Position numbers and translations under genes: made by a program
Notes under the pieces: generated by a model
Database searches by the model: none
The model's input: the letters and a program-made list of their open reading frames with translations, nothing else
Told to the model about the DNA's origin: nothing
From: Eledone cirrhosa
Lineage: Eukaryota
Direction of reading: 5' to 3'
Assembly (NCBI GenBank): GCA_964016885.1
Contig: OZ024743.1
Location: 78,678,001 to 78,742,000 of the forward strand
DNA length: 64,000 bases
Shown: positions 1 to 14,828 of the stretch, piece by piece
Layout: each line of letters starts with the position of its first letter
How positions within the stretch are numbered: position 1 is the stretch's first letter

Positions 1-1960
1 TCACCGAGCGCGTCGTCGCACTTGCTGCGGATCAAGCCTCTATAGAATGACGAAGTGGAGTCTCCACTGATCGCCGGGTCCGCCTGCCAGAGGGCTGTGA
101 GCGCCTGAGCACATTCGATGTGCCAGTCGCCCATTTTCCTCGGTCTTTGCTTGACCCAGTACTGCAGCTCGGTCAGCGAGACGAGTCGTGGGAAGGCTCG
201 CCTCACGAACGGGGCCCACACCGGTTGTCCGGTGAGGAATACGTAGAGATGCCGCAGCCTGAGCGCGTTTTGCGCATCGTCAGCCACGGCAACCCCAGCC
301 CTCCGTTAGAAGGGTGTTGGCAGCAGATGGATCTTCTCACCAGATGGATCGCCTCTTCCAAAGGAATTGGAAGAGCGCGCTCTCCATTTTGGTGAGCGTT
401 TTGGCTGGACAAGGCACGACGGTCAATCGGTAGTAGATGGCGGACGCTATAAAAGTGTTCGCCACCTCCGCTCGACTTTTCAAGGATATTTTGCACTCGG
501 CCCACTTCTGGGTGAGTGCAAACACTTTGGCCGTCACTTCGTTCCAGTTCTTCTCCACGTGGAGGTCAGGACCAAACCAGACCCAGAGCAGCTTTACCGG
601 TCCTTCCGTCCAGCGTCCGACGACGCCATCGGAAGGCATCGGCTTTCCTCTCCACGACCCGAGTTGCAAACCGATGAACTTGTCTCGGTTCAGCTTCGCT
701 CCTGTGAAACTTTCGTATTCCTTCAGTAAGGTGCCGACTTTCTCTATTTGCGAGGCGCTCGACACCAGTACTGTCACGTCGTCGGCGTGGGCTGACGCCG
801 CTTTCCGCAATCCCGGTTCCAGAGGGATGCCCTGCAATAGCTTCAACTTCCGCAGTAGTGGCTCGAGAGTCAGTACGTACAGAAGGGAGGAGAGAGGGCA
901 TCCCTGTCGAATGGATCGCGTAATATGGAACGGCTCCGAGAGGTAGCCGTTCACCTTGACCCTTGAGCAGATATTGCTGTTGTGCATTGCAGCAATCCAG
1001 TCCCTGAACACGGGTCCGAAACCTGCCGCCTCGAGCACCGCATCCAGGTAACGATGGTCAACCCTATCGAAAGCCTTAGACTGATCCAAGTTGATCAGGG
1101 CCCCACCGAAGCCGGGGATACACCCTACCCTCTCTATGATGTATCGCATGAGGTGGAGGTTATCGTGTATGGACCTGGTAGGGATTGCGCATGTCTGCGC
1201 TTCTCCCACCAGGTTCCTGACGACAAGCGCCAGCCTCTTTGCCAACACCTTGGCCCAAATCTGTAACTCTGTGTTTAGCAGAGTTATGGGCCGGAAGTTG
1301 CCTATGCCATCCCCCTTATTCTCGTCCTTCCTGACTAGTGTGACTACGCCCCCGGTCACAGAACTGGGAATTCTCCCGTTCTGTTGCCAGTTGCAGTAGA
1401 CCGCTTCCAGGAGACCGGAGAATAAGTCCGGTATTGCTACGTAAAATTCGTAGGGTAGACGTCGAGACCTGGAGATTTGCGTTTGCCGCATTGGCTCAGC
1501 GCGTCCCCTATCTCAGCGGCTGTCCGAGAGTCGCGGTAGGCCGTCGAGGTATGGACCGAAATCCATAGCCCCTCCCGGCGCGCCGCCCCGCCCGAACAGT
1601 TGAGCAAAGTGCCGCTGAAAGGTCGCACACATCTGCTTCGGCTCACGTATCACGCGTCCGTTTTGGTCCTTCAAAGACCGAATCGTGGACTTGTTGCCAC
1701 TTTTTGCCCCCGTCACTCGGGCCCAGCTAACAGCTTTGGCTCCCTCGTTTCCCAGAGCACGTATTTTGCTTCTGACAACGCATCCCTCGTGCTTTGCGTC
1801 GAAGAACTGGTCCAAGGCCGTTCTCGTTACTAGTACGCTGGCTACGTTGCCACTTCTAATTGCCTCTTCTAATTTATCTACCAGTTCCATCTCGGTTCTA
1901 TTTCTATCTAACGCTAATTCTTTACTAAAAACTAACGAGTTTAATCTAACTGCCCTCTTG
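1..1960 (-). mobile_element. Degenerate non-LTR retrotransposon, L1/Tx1-type ORF2 (RT) fragment; 5'-truncated, runs off the window
   Basis: ORF 337-1491 has L1/Tx1 RT motifs FRPITLLN, DQSKAFDRVDH, RQGCPLS and HADD (YADD with Y>H). Adjacent frames continue the protein through frameshifts (KSPGLD near 1480; GGLGLP near 290). GC-rich relative to flanks. Confidence 0.9.
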
Positions 1961-1970
1961 AGAGAGATAG

Positions 1971-2033
<63 letters not shown>

Positions 2034-2068
2034 GTATATGAGGGAGATAGAGAGAGAGAGAGAGCAAG

Positions 2069-2135
<67 letters not shown>

Positions 2136-2172
2136 GTGTATGAGGGAGATAGAGAGAGAGAGATAGAGATAG

Positions 2173-2253
<81 letters not shown>

Positions 2254-2272
2254 GTATGTGTATGAGGGAGAT
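1960..2272. repeat. Compound (GA)n/(GATA)n microsatellite
   Basis: Read directly from the sequence. Confidence 0.95.
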
Positions 2273-2277
2273 AGCGA

Positions 2278-2378
2278 TCTTAATATATAAAAGTGAATGT
2301 CTATATGTTCTAGGCGGTAAGTCAACTTTGCAGGAGGCTGAAATTTTGTAGAAGGATAAGCCCGGGTACTGCAGCTAG
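2278..2378 (+). mobile_element. Possible ~100-bp miniature non-autonomous Helitron
   Basis: Starts A|TCTTAATATATAAAAG and ends GCCCGGGTACTGCAGCTAG|T. These match Helitron TC...CTAG termini with an A/T insertion site, and the 3' end resembles 5697-5714. Confidence 0.5.
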
Positions 2379-2430
2379 TATATACATGTACCTCCTCTAT
2401 CTTTCTATTTCTTCTTTAATTTCTCGTTCT

Positions 2431-2470
2431 ATTTTCTGATGAAGGACTATTGTCCGAAACGTTAAAACCC
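2431..2470 (+). ncRNA. Hammerhead-ribozyme-like motif (Penelope-associated minimal type)
   Basis: CTGATGA-A-GGAC TATT GTCC-GAAA-CGTTA; the core boxes flank a hairpin, but there is an extra A and stem I is weak. Confidence 0.4.
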
Positions 2471-2552
2471 ATTTCCTACTATATTAAATGTAAAACTAAT
2501 AATATATTTCTTCATTGTACTGTCTTTTGCTTTGTAATTTCTCTTTGCCACG

Positions 2553-3425
2553 GGCTGTTCTCCCATCTTATAACCCTCCCCTTCACAATATTTCCACTGG
2601 CTGTTCTCCCATCTTATAACCCCCCTCCCTTCACAATATTTCCACTGGCTGTTCTCCCATCTTAAAACCTTCCCCCTTCACAATATTTCCACTGGCTGTT
2701 CTGCCATCTTATAACCTACCTTCACAATATTTCCACTGGCTGTTCTGCCATCTTATAACCTCCCTTCACAATATTTCCACTGGCTGTTCTACCATCTTAT
2801 AACCTCCCTTCACAATATTTCCACTGGCTGTTCTACCATCTTATAACCTACCTTCACAATATTTCCACTGGCTGTTCTCCCATCTTATAACCTCCCTTCA
2901 CAATATTTCCACTGTCTGTTCTGCCATCTTATAACCTCCCTTCACAATATTTCCACTGGCTGTTCTCTCATCTTATAACCTCCCTTCACAATATTTCCAC
3001 TGGCTGTTCTACCATCTTATAACCTCCCTTCACAATATTTCCACTGGCTGTTCTACCATCTTAAAACCTCCCTTCACAATATTTCCACTGGCTGTTCTCT
3101 CATCTTATAACCTCCCTTCACAATATTTCCACTGGCTGTTCTACCATCTTAAAACCTCCCTTCACAATATTTCCACTGGCTGTTCTCTCATCTTATAACC
3201 TCCCCTTCACAATATTTCCACTGGCTGTTCTGCCATCTTATAACCCTCCCCTTTCACAATATTTCCACTGGCTGTTCTGCCATCTTATAACCTCCCTTCA
3301 CAATAGTTCCACTGGCTGTTCTACCATCTTATAACCTCCCTTCACAATATTTCCACTGGCTGTTCTCTCATCTTATAACCTCCCTTCACAATATTTCCAC
3401 TGGGTGTTCTACCATCTTATACCCC
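2553..3425. repeat. 44-bp minisatellite, about 20 copies
   Basis: Unit TTCACAATATTTCCACTGGCTGTTCTACCATCTTATAACCTCCC; period 44 (e.g. 2941 to 2985). Confidence 0.95.
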
Positions 3426-3659
3426 CCCACCATATCATTATAACTCCCCCCTCGTCTGTTATCTACAAGTTATCCCTCCCCCCTTTATCCCCCTGCTCTC
3501 TATATTAACCAACTCTTCTGCTATTGTTGTCTCCCTTTCTATTTTAATCCTCACTTCTAAAATTAGTCTCAATATTTCATTTGTAGCAGCACGTCGCTTT
3601 ATTGATCATGTGACTACTGCCATCATTCTACTACCCCCTCTCCCCCTTAATTCCCCTCT

Positions 3660-4046
<387 letters not shown>

Positions 4047-4131
4047 GCAAAAGTTTTATTTAAAATTGTTGGGTTACAACAAGTAAATATTTTATAACTG
4101 ATATAAAGCACTCAACAAATAATTGGAGTAG

Positions 4132-4238
4132 ATATACGATATTAAACAAATGGAAACTATATTTATAAAACCATATTTATTTCATTATAAATGAAATAAA
4201 TATGGTTTTATAAATATAGTTTCCATTTGTTTAATATC

Positions 4239-4244
<6 letters not shown>
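4132..4244. repeat. Perfect palindrome, 55-bp arms, 3-nt loop
   Basis: 4132-4186 is the exact reverse complement of 4190-4244. Confidence 0.9.
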
Positions 4245-4277
<33 letters not shown>

Positions 4278-4391
4278 CGCTCGCCTTTTCTCTCTCTCTC
4301 TCTATATATATATATATGTGTTTCTGTAAGTCACTCTCCTTCCGACGTTTCTCTCACTTTTTCTCTTTCTGTGATCTAGTATACCCCACCC

Positions 4392-4506
<115 letters not shown>

Positions 4507-4864
4507 AGTGTGGACTCTTGGATGTATATATGTGCGCTCGTGTGTAAACTAGTGTATATGTTTATCTCCTTATAATATATAACCAGCAATTTCTATGTCT
4601 GTCTGTCCGACGCGTAGAGAGAGAGTGAGAGTGAAAGAAAGAGACAGACTAGAAGAGGGGGATAGCGGGAGGGAGAGAGAGAGACGCTGGAAGAGGGGAA
4701 GGAAAGCTATGTCTTGCTGTCTGCATTACGATACACACACACACTGAGCGCGTCATAATGACGTAATGCAGACAGGCAGACATACAGACAGATATTATAA
4801 GGGCGCAACGTTATATCTATGTATTTATCTAAAAAGAAAGACTAAGAATTATATAGAGAGAAGG

Positions 4865-5038
4865 CTAAATCGCCTAATGCGGTCCCTAGGGCATTGAAAA
4901 TTTGAAATAATTTTTGCTCAACACTCTCACAGGACCATAAGTATTACATGTCTAAAGTTTGAAAACAATCGGTTGGATGGTTCTCAAGTTTTAGTGAGCT
5001 GACAGACAGACAGACATTCTCTGTTTTAGATATATAGA
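4865..5038 (-). mobile_element. Helitron-like 5' fragment, inverted relative to 5073-5714
   Basis: The reverse complement reads TCTATATATCTAAAACAGAGAATGTCTGTCTG...CTAAAACTTGAGAACCATCCAACCGATTGTTTTCAAACTTT, homologous to 5073-5258. Confidence 0.6.
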
Positions 5039-5072
5039 CTAGCCAAAAAGCTTTCGGGTGGTTTTCTGCTAG

Positions 5073-5714
5073 TCTATATATATAAAACTGAGGATGTCTG
5101 TCTGTGTGTGTGTGAGTTCGAATCCCTAAAACTCAAGAACCACCCAACCGACTGTTTTCAAACTTTACACATGTAATACTTATGTTTCAGGGAGTGTTAT
5201 GCACATAAACAAATTCAACTTTTTTTCTATCTCTTAGAGCCCGCATTAGGTGAATAACTGCGTTTTTTAAGATTTTTAGGGGTTTTTTGAGTCGTTACGT
5301 CAGACCGATTTCCTTGAAATTGTAACTATGTATTAGTTAGTCTCTTCTTCATACCGTAAGCAAAGAAAGTCCAACTTTCTTATGGCCTAGGGCCCGCATT
5401 AGGTGAAAAACTTCATTTTTTCAGCTTCTTAGTCTTTTAGGAGGCGTTACGTCTAGCCGATTTTCCCGAAATTTAGAGGCACATTATGCACATAAAACAA
5501 ATTCATTTTCTTGATCCCCTAGGGCCGGCATTAGGTGAAAACCTGCATTTTTCCTGCTTCATCGAGCAAAATGTTAAAGATTATCCAGCCATCAGAGTAT
5601 CCGTTTTATTTTCTTTACATATTTTCCAGGCATGCAGTTTTTCCACCATTAGGTCTGTTGGCGGCCCGTGTTACAAAATACCTTATCTCGTGCAACGCCG
5701 GGTACCACTGCTAG
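5073..5714 (+). mobile_element. Non-autonomous Helitron
   Basis: 5' TCTATATATATAAAA; 3' GC-rich subterminal segment GTGCAACGCCGGGTACCACTG then CTAG|T; internal repeats containing GCATTAGGTGAA. Confidence 0.7.
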
Positions 5715-5784
5715 TGAATAATATAATACATCTATTTATCTAAGTTACATAATATGAGGTGTATTTCATGATACATACACACAC

Positions 5785-5787
<3 letters not shown>

Positions 5788-5842
<55 letters not shown>

Positions 5843-5995
5843 GGACATATATATATATATACACACACATACACGGATATATATATATATATAGAGAGAG
5901 AGATAAGATATAGATATATACACACACACATACACGGACATACACATGGACACACAGACACACATACACACACACACACATATATATATATATAA

Positions 5996-6064
<69 letters not shown>
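5788..6064. repeat. (TA)n/(CA)n microsatellite cluster
   Basis: Read directly from the sequence. Confidence 0.9.
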
Positions 6065-6072
<8 letters not shown>

Positions 6073-6600
6073 CAATATCGGAGAAAGCTTTTTAGCGATA
6101 CTCCGGCCAAATTCCAACTCACTCAACAAACATTAGGAAATAAGTGATTATATTCCCAATTATGTGTTCGGGGTGCTAACTAAAAGTATTGCGTGGAAAA
6201 TTGGCTGTATTATTTCAAATGAGACATCTAATATATCTCTTCCCAGACGGACGTCTCGTTTCATTATAGGACTCCTACAATTTGGGTGAAATTATACCAA
6301 TTTATGTAGGAGCTTGTATACCATCAATAGATATATATTCAAGTGGACTCCTATAATTCATCAGTGGGTGCCCCAATAATACTAATATTGATAATCTAAC
6401 CAACATCAGCATTTAGCGATAATCACTTTCTGTGCCTGAGGTATCTGTTAGGTAGCCAGTCCAGCAGTACTGAAAGAAGTGCTCGAACTGATTCAAAAAA
6501 TGAGGAAGTGAATTACCGCCCAAAAAAAACAATACATGCGCGTGACAATGAACTCTGAAAGGAATTCAAGCCACGTGCTAAGAACTCAATTGGAAATTGA

Positions 6601-6919
6601 AAAGAATCGCTGCTTTCACCCTTAACGGGATCTTCTCAAACTAACAAAGTTAATCTGTAAACGCAGAAGTGGATATTTCAAAAAACGTTGCAACCGGAGG
6701 AAGACAGGAAGACGATACTTTGGTTCGTGGAAACGTTCCCTGGCAAAGAACGGGAAAAAAACGAATATAATACGTCATTAATAGGAGCGGTGAAAAACAA
6801 TTACGCGCAAAGACAGAACCACGTTTACGGTTCTTATATATTTGATATATATTTATCCTTATCGAGCCCTCTGTGGATTTTAGTCTTCAAATTTATTATT
6901 ATTACTATCTTCCCATGTT

Positions 6920-6969
<50 letters not shown>

Positions 6970-8080
6970 TGACTATTTCAATTGAAGCTTGAAGGTAACT
7001 ACAGAAATATCACGGATCAATACGTATGGGTGTATATGTGTAGGTGTATATGTTTGTATGTTTAGGTGTATATGTGTCTGTGAATGTATGTGTGTATGTG
7101 TCTGTGTGTGTATGTGTAAGTGTATGTGTGTGTATGTGTAGGGGTATATGTGTGTGTGTGTATGTTTAGGTGTATGTGTATGTGTAGGTGTATGTGTCTG
7201 TGTCTGTGTAGGTGCATATGTGCCTGTGTGTGTAGGTGTGTATGTGTCTCTGTGTGTGTATGTGTCTATGAAATACAACTGATATTACGTAACATAGATA
7301 AATAGATGTATTAAAGTGTGAAACTAATAAGACTTCATGTTGATAAATCTTGTTTGTTTCTTGTATAGTGTATATATGTACTTCGTGTTTTGGTTGACGT
7401 AGGTCTCCGAACATATGTGTATTTACATGTAGGTATGTGTGTGCGCTTGTTATATACGTATTTATTTATTTATATACGTTTATTTAATTATTTGTATACA
7501 CGCACTCACAAACACACATATTTATATGTGCGTTTATTTGTATACCTATGGCGAGTGTTCTCGCGTATGCTTGTGTATGTACGTATATGGATGCGTGTAT
7601 ATATTTATTTAATTTCAATTACCTCTGTATTTTATTTACTTTATTCTTAACTCTGAAGCCGAGAATCATTCGGTTTCCTAGTTAGAAGTTTAGTCTACGA
7701 CTTCAGTTATACCATTTACGTGGTTTTGTTTTTGCGTGCAATTGTTATCTACGGTCCACATATGACGTGTTATCTTCGTTTTTTCCGTTCATTGCCAGAG
7801 AACGTCTCTATGAACCACCTAAGAGAATATTAGTCTACGACTTCTTTTATACCATAAACGTGGTTCTGTCTTTGCGTGTAATTGTTTTTCACCGCTCCAA
7901 ATAATGACATATTATATTCGTTTTTTCCCGTTCTTTGCCAGGGAACGTTTCCACGAACCAAAGTATCGTCTTCCTGTCTTCCTCCGGTTGCAACGTTTTT
8001 TGAAATATTCACTTCTGCGTTCACAGATTGACTTTGTTAGTTTGAGAAGATCCCGTTAAGGGTGAAAGCAGCGATTCTTT
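6601..8080. repeat. ~230-bp inverted repeat pair (6601-6831 / 7851-8080), MITE/foldback-like
   Basis: AAAGAATCGCTGCTTTCACCCTTAACGGGATC... at 6601 and its reverse complement ending at 8080; a further diverged partial copy lies at ~7690-7815. Confidence 0.75.
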
Positions 8081-8100
8081 GCTTAAACTTTAATCTGTTA

Positions 8101-8234
<134 letters not shown>

Positions 8235-8280
8235 ATTATATATGTTATTTTAATATATATATATATATATATAAAAATAA

Positions 8281-9027
<747 letters not shown>

Positions 9028-10100
9028 GTATTGGCAGTGATTTATTTTATCAAATCTCAACATTTATATACCACAAATAATAATATGATAAACTTAAACT
9101 TAAAGAAGAAAAGGACGTAGAGCGAAATAGGTATATAATGGAGGGTATAAAGAGAGGGGAAATGCAAGAAAAAAAATACATACATAAATATTTAAATGAA
9201 TAAATATATAAAAAAGAACAAAGAAGAGAGAAGAAGAAAGAAGAAATAACGACAAAAAAAAAAACGAAGAAATGAAAGGGATAGATAGAAAAACCGTTGT
9301 TTTCAAATATTAGGTCAATTGAGGCAAACAATCAATTACCATAAACCTTTGAATATCTCTTGTATTTGGTTATGCTTAAGCTAATATACTTATATATTAT
9401 ATCAAAATTAAACAATATAAATTACTTTCTATAGCCGTCACATATTTAGTTTAATTAAAATTTATATAATTTAATTTAACTCATTATATGTTATAATTTT
9501 AGGTTTAGATAATATATTCATTAAGTATTTTGTTACAACTTTAAAAAAAAATGTATCTTTAAGCATATTTAAATAATTATTAAACATGTATTAAAATGTT
9601 TATTAAAATACATGCATCTATCACCATCAGTATATATAATATATTAAGATCATTTATTATCCGAAATATATTATTTAATTATGATATTCTCTTTATAAAA
9701 TCATTTCTATTCTTTAATTGTCATTTACAGGATTAAATTGTTAATTTATATTTACTTCTGTAATTACTTATTATTATATATAGTTTCCCTTTAAGGATTT
9801 TCTTATATTATTAAACTGCATAATTCATATCAAATATAATTTAGCAAGCTATTCGGTCTGAACAAAAATATTTACGAAGAATGTAAACAAAAGGAATATA
9901 ACTCATTCACCATATGTGAACATTTAAATCATGTATCTACTCTTAAATGAAAACCATAAATCAACAATTGTCTAGTTAAATATTGACCTGTCTAAATCAA
10001 AACAAGGATACTGAGACTCATAATGAAATTATTCTAATAGAAACAACAATAAATTATTACCCAGTAAGGCAAACATTATATATATATATTTTAAAAATTA

Positions 10101-10665
10101 TTAATTGTCAATATTTTTCCGAAATTTGTACAATGCCTGGAATGTTTTACCGGTCTTATGTTGACAGCTGCTGAATAATTCATTTTTCTTGTTAATTAAA
10201 TTGTCATAATTTGTAATTATCAATAGAGTCTCAAGATTGCAAAGATTATTATGTTTATCTACAGGAAATAATATGTCGTCTCTATATAAACCACCGGTAA
10301 TCTCCGGCAGTTTTCTATTTATCATGTTAAGGATGAAAATTCCCACAAGACCGGTAACTTGCGCCGAATCCGACGAGCCCATAGTAATGTCAAAGTTCTT
10401 CTGCCTATCCGATCTAGTTCAAAGAACTAGATCGGATAGATTATTAAAATCTATCAAGGTTCGCCTTGTTGTTAAAATAATATTTATCTCAACACTAGAT
10501 AGATCCGTGTGTTTATATGCATATGATAGCGCCTTATTTAGTAGGTTAGGAGTTATTGAGGAATAATAACTCGCTATGTCCATTTGAATGAACATATGAT
10601 TATTTTTATTTTCGATATTATTGAACCAATCTATGACTTTACTAGTGCCCTTCTATAAGTTTAGC
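10101..10665 (-). mobile_element. Penelope-like element reverse transcriptase remnant
   Basis: Minus-strand translation gives FIQMDIASYYSSITPNLLNKALSYA, FDITMGSSDSAQV..LVGIFIL and GLYRDD, which are PLE RT motifs; interrupted by stops. Confidence 0.8.
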
Positions 10666-11034
10666 TTTGACCTCAATTTCTGCCGTCGGGTTCTAACATT
10701 TTCCTATTACCCACTCTACTACCCTAAGTATTGAGTACACTTGTGCGTTATGGTCCATCTGGTTTCTTACCACACCTCCTTCGTTATATATATATACACA
10801 TCCACACGACACACAAACACATATATATATATGTATATATGTGTGTGTGTGTGAGTGAATATCATTGCCTGTGTGTGCCCATGTGTATGCGTGTATGTGT
10901 ATATGGTGTGTGTGTCCATGTGCATGCGTATATGTGTATGTGGTGTGTGTGTCCAGCATAGAATGGCGGCTGCTTAAAATTGTTTACATAAAGTGTTGTA
11001 GTATGTCTACCATATCCTCTCATGTCAGTAGTAA

Positions 11035-12610
<1,576 letters not shown>

Positions 12611-12850
12611 AGATCGTGTTATCAGAAATATCTACACCCTCTCATGTCAGTACTGGGAGAGACATTAATATATCGGTTATTAGAGATATTCCTATAATAT
12701 TCTATACAGTATTAAATTGGTTGTGTGGCGGAGGAACTGTGAAGGGCTGTATGGTCAGAGCAAGGAATGTCAAAAACTAGGCATTCCTAAATGTAAGTTG
12801 AAATTATATTTTGGAGAATGGGGCGCAAAACGGGGAGAAGCGGGCACACC

Positions 12851-13050
12851 GCTGGATTGGCAGTATCGGTAGAGGGTCGGACGCCATGCTTTGCAGCAAA
12901 GCGTTATGGCTCTTTATGGTCTGAGTTCAAATCCCGCCGAGGTTAACTTTGCCTTTTTAGCTTTAGGGGGTCGATAAAATAAAGCACCAGTAATATAAAA
13001 TAAAGCACTGGGGTAATTTGCTGGCCTTGTGCCAAAAGTAGAAACAATTA
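12851..13050 (+). mobile_element. tRNA-derived SINE (octopus-like family)
   Basis: A-box-like TGGCAGTATCGG, B-box GAGTTCAAATC, body GGGGTCGATAAAATAAAGCACCAG, tail GGCCTTGTGCCAAAAGTAGAAAC; homologous copy at 19197. Confidence 0.75.
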
Positions 13051-13055
13051 TATCG

Positions 13056-13333
13056 CTCTCCGACAGATTCGCGGTCGTGCCCTTGGCAGTGGAGACTTCT
13101 GGTGTCCTTGGCCTAGAGCTACCTCCCTACTCACCACCATAGGCGCTGAGCTGGCCAGCCGCAGGTGTGAGCCTCGCGAGTTGGAATGGCTCTTCCAGTG
13201 CATCTCTCTTACCATCCTCCAGGGAAACGCCTTCTCCATCCTGTCAGCCGGGTCTGTGGGGAGGCCAGCACGTGGGACCCCATTTGCTCAACACTACGGA
13301 TTAATAGGCAAAGTTATAAACTATTGTAAATAG
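13056..13333 (+). mobile_element. 3' fragment of a CRE-type non-LTR retrotransposon (restriction-like endonuclease C-terminus)
   Basis: With one frameshift it translates as LSDRFAVVPLAVETSGVLG/RATSLLTTIGAELASRRCEPRELEWLFQCISLTILQGNAFSIL, matching the RLE pattern P.AVET.G..G...LFQ..S...Q.GNA. Confidence 0.7.
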
Positions 13334-13592
13334 TGTATATTGATTGTAAATAGATATCCTGGTGTGTTACACACAAACAATTACTGTGAACATTCACAAA
13401 GTGTAGGAAGTATAACCCGTGACGTTCTCCCCAATATCATAAGTTCACAAGAGACGTCACAATAACTAGCTGAGATCGTATCTTTTATTTGTACCAGATA
13501 AAGTTCAGTAAACTGATAGCAATGACATCTGCTAAATACAAATACAATAAATAAAGATAATAGTACTTTCATAGGCAGTTACATTTATAAGT

Positions 13593-13675
13593 AGCACGAT
13601 GGCCGAGTGGTTAAGGCGTTGGACTTAAGTTCCAATGGACGAATGTCCGCGTGGGTTCGAGCCCCACTCGTGCTA
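13593..13675 (+). tRNA. tRNA-Leu-TAA: tRNA-Leu(TAA), solitary copy outside the array
   Basis: Fully paired cloverleaf, anticodon loop CTTAAGT, variable arm GGAC-GAAT-GTCC, T-loop TTCGAGC, oligo-T at 13682. Confidence 0.92.
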
Positions 13676-13903
13676 ATTTGCTTTTTATTTAAGTATTTCT
13701 TTTATTTATCATATTAATATATATCATTGCATGGTAGCCATGCTTCAACTTATTTGGTCCATTATCTCGCTCCAGATACGTACTTTTTCAAGTCGATATC
13801 TTTTTTCACACATAATCAAAGACACTCACATATACACTGAGTATATATATTTTCGTGGTATTTGTAATTGCTCTATATATGTAAGCATATGTGTGTGTGT
13901 GAG

Positions 13904-13956
<53 letters not shown>

Positions 13957-14038
13957 GGTAAACAGAAAAAACAACACAATCGGTACAGTATATGGAAGGA
14001 ATATATTAGGTTAACGCTTGAAATAGCAGGAAGAGGGG

Positions 14039-14075
14039 CTTAACATTTCGGACTCTAGTCCTTCATCAGAAGAAA
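14039..14075 (-). ncRNA. Hammerhead-ribozyme-like motif
   Basis: The reverse complement is CTT-CTGATGA-A-GGACT AG AGTCC-GAAA-TGTTAAG, the same architecture as 2431. Confidence 0.35.
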
Positions 14076-14232
14076 GAATGAGAAATAAGATAGATTGAGG
14101 GGACGGGCGGGATGGAATTGGAAAAAAGTCTTTAGATAAAAATAACAGGTCCATTCATGTTGACATCATAGATGTATAAATACATATATACATGTACAAA
14201 CATGCCGTTACATGTAGATGAAGGGTTACATA

Positions 14233-14316
14233 AACACGATGGTCGGGTGGTAAAATCACTGGGCGTAAGTTCCAGTGGATAGTTGTCATCGGGGGTCCGA
14301 ACCCCCACTCGTGCTA
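14233..14316 (+). pseudogene. Heavily degraded tRNA-Leu(TAA) pseudogene
   Basis: AACACGATGGTCGGGTGG...CGTAAGTTCCAG...CCCCACTCGTGCTA; D arm and TTC motif disrupted. Confidence 0.75.
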
Positions 14317-14589
14317 AATTTGATTTCTTATTTTACAATGATATAATAATACTTTATATACATCATTTAGCATTTACATTATTCTACATATACTATCGTA
14401 TTTTTGTGGGAAAGGCGTTACCTCACATAATTATCACATGTAATATCGAATCTATGAGATTTTGATATTATTTATTTTCAGAAGAATACTTTTAAACATC
14501 AGTGTGAGCAGCTAGTTACGGCCGGTTTGAAGAGAAAGAGGTGAAAGAACACTGGCCGGATACGGTCGGTTCAAATGTTAAAGGGATAT

Positions 14590-14826
14590 TATATATATGT
14601 GTGTGAGGGGGGTCTGTGTTTGTGTGTCTGTGTGTCTCTGTGTGTGTGTATGTGTGTGTGCCATCGTTTATGTCACGTAACGAAAAGATTTGATAAAAAA
14701 TAACTGTCAGACATAAAAAGATACCAACTCGGATCAATATTTTCGGCGAAATCTGATGAAAGTGGTGCCCGAGCATGCCAGCCGTACAATCACAGAAATC
14801 AATAGAATAAATAAAATAAATGACAA
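14590..14826 (+). mobile_element. Degenerate SINE 3' part; its last ~100 bp are an inverted homolog of the array spacer
   Basis: TG microsatellite, then ...GGTGCCCGAGCATG...AATAGAATAAATAAAATAAATGAC. 14728-14826 is homologous to the reverse complement of the segment just 3' of each array tRNA. Confidence 0.55.
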
Positions 14827-14828
14827 AA

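Noticed and set aside
337-1491. Functional reverse transcriptase gene
   Set aside because: Frameshifts on both sides, YADD mutated to HADD, and no endonuclease domain or ORF1 upstream
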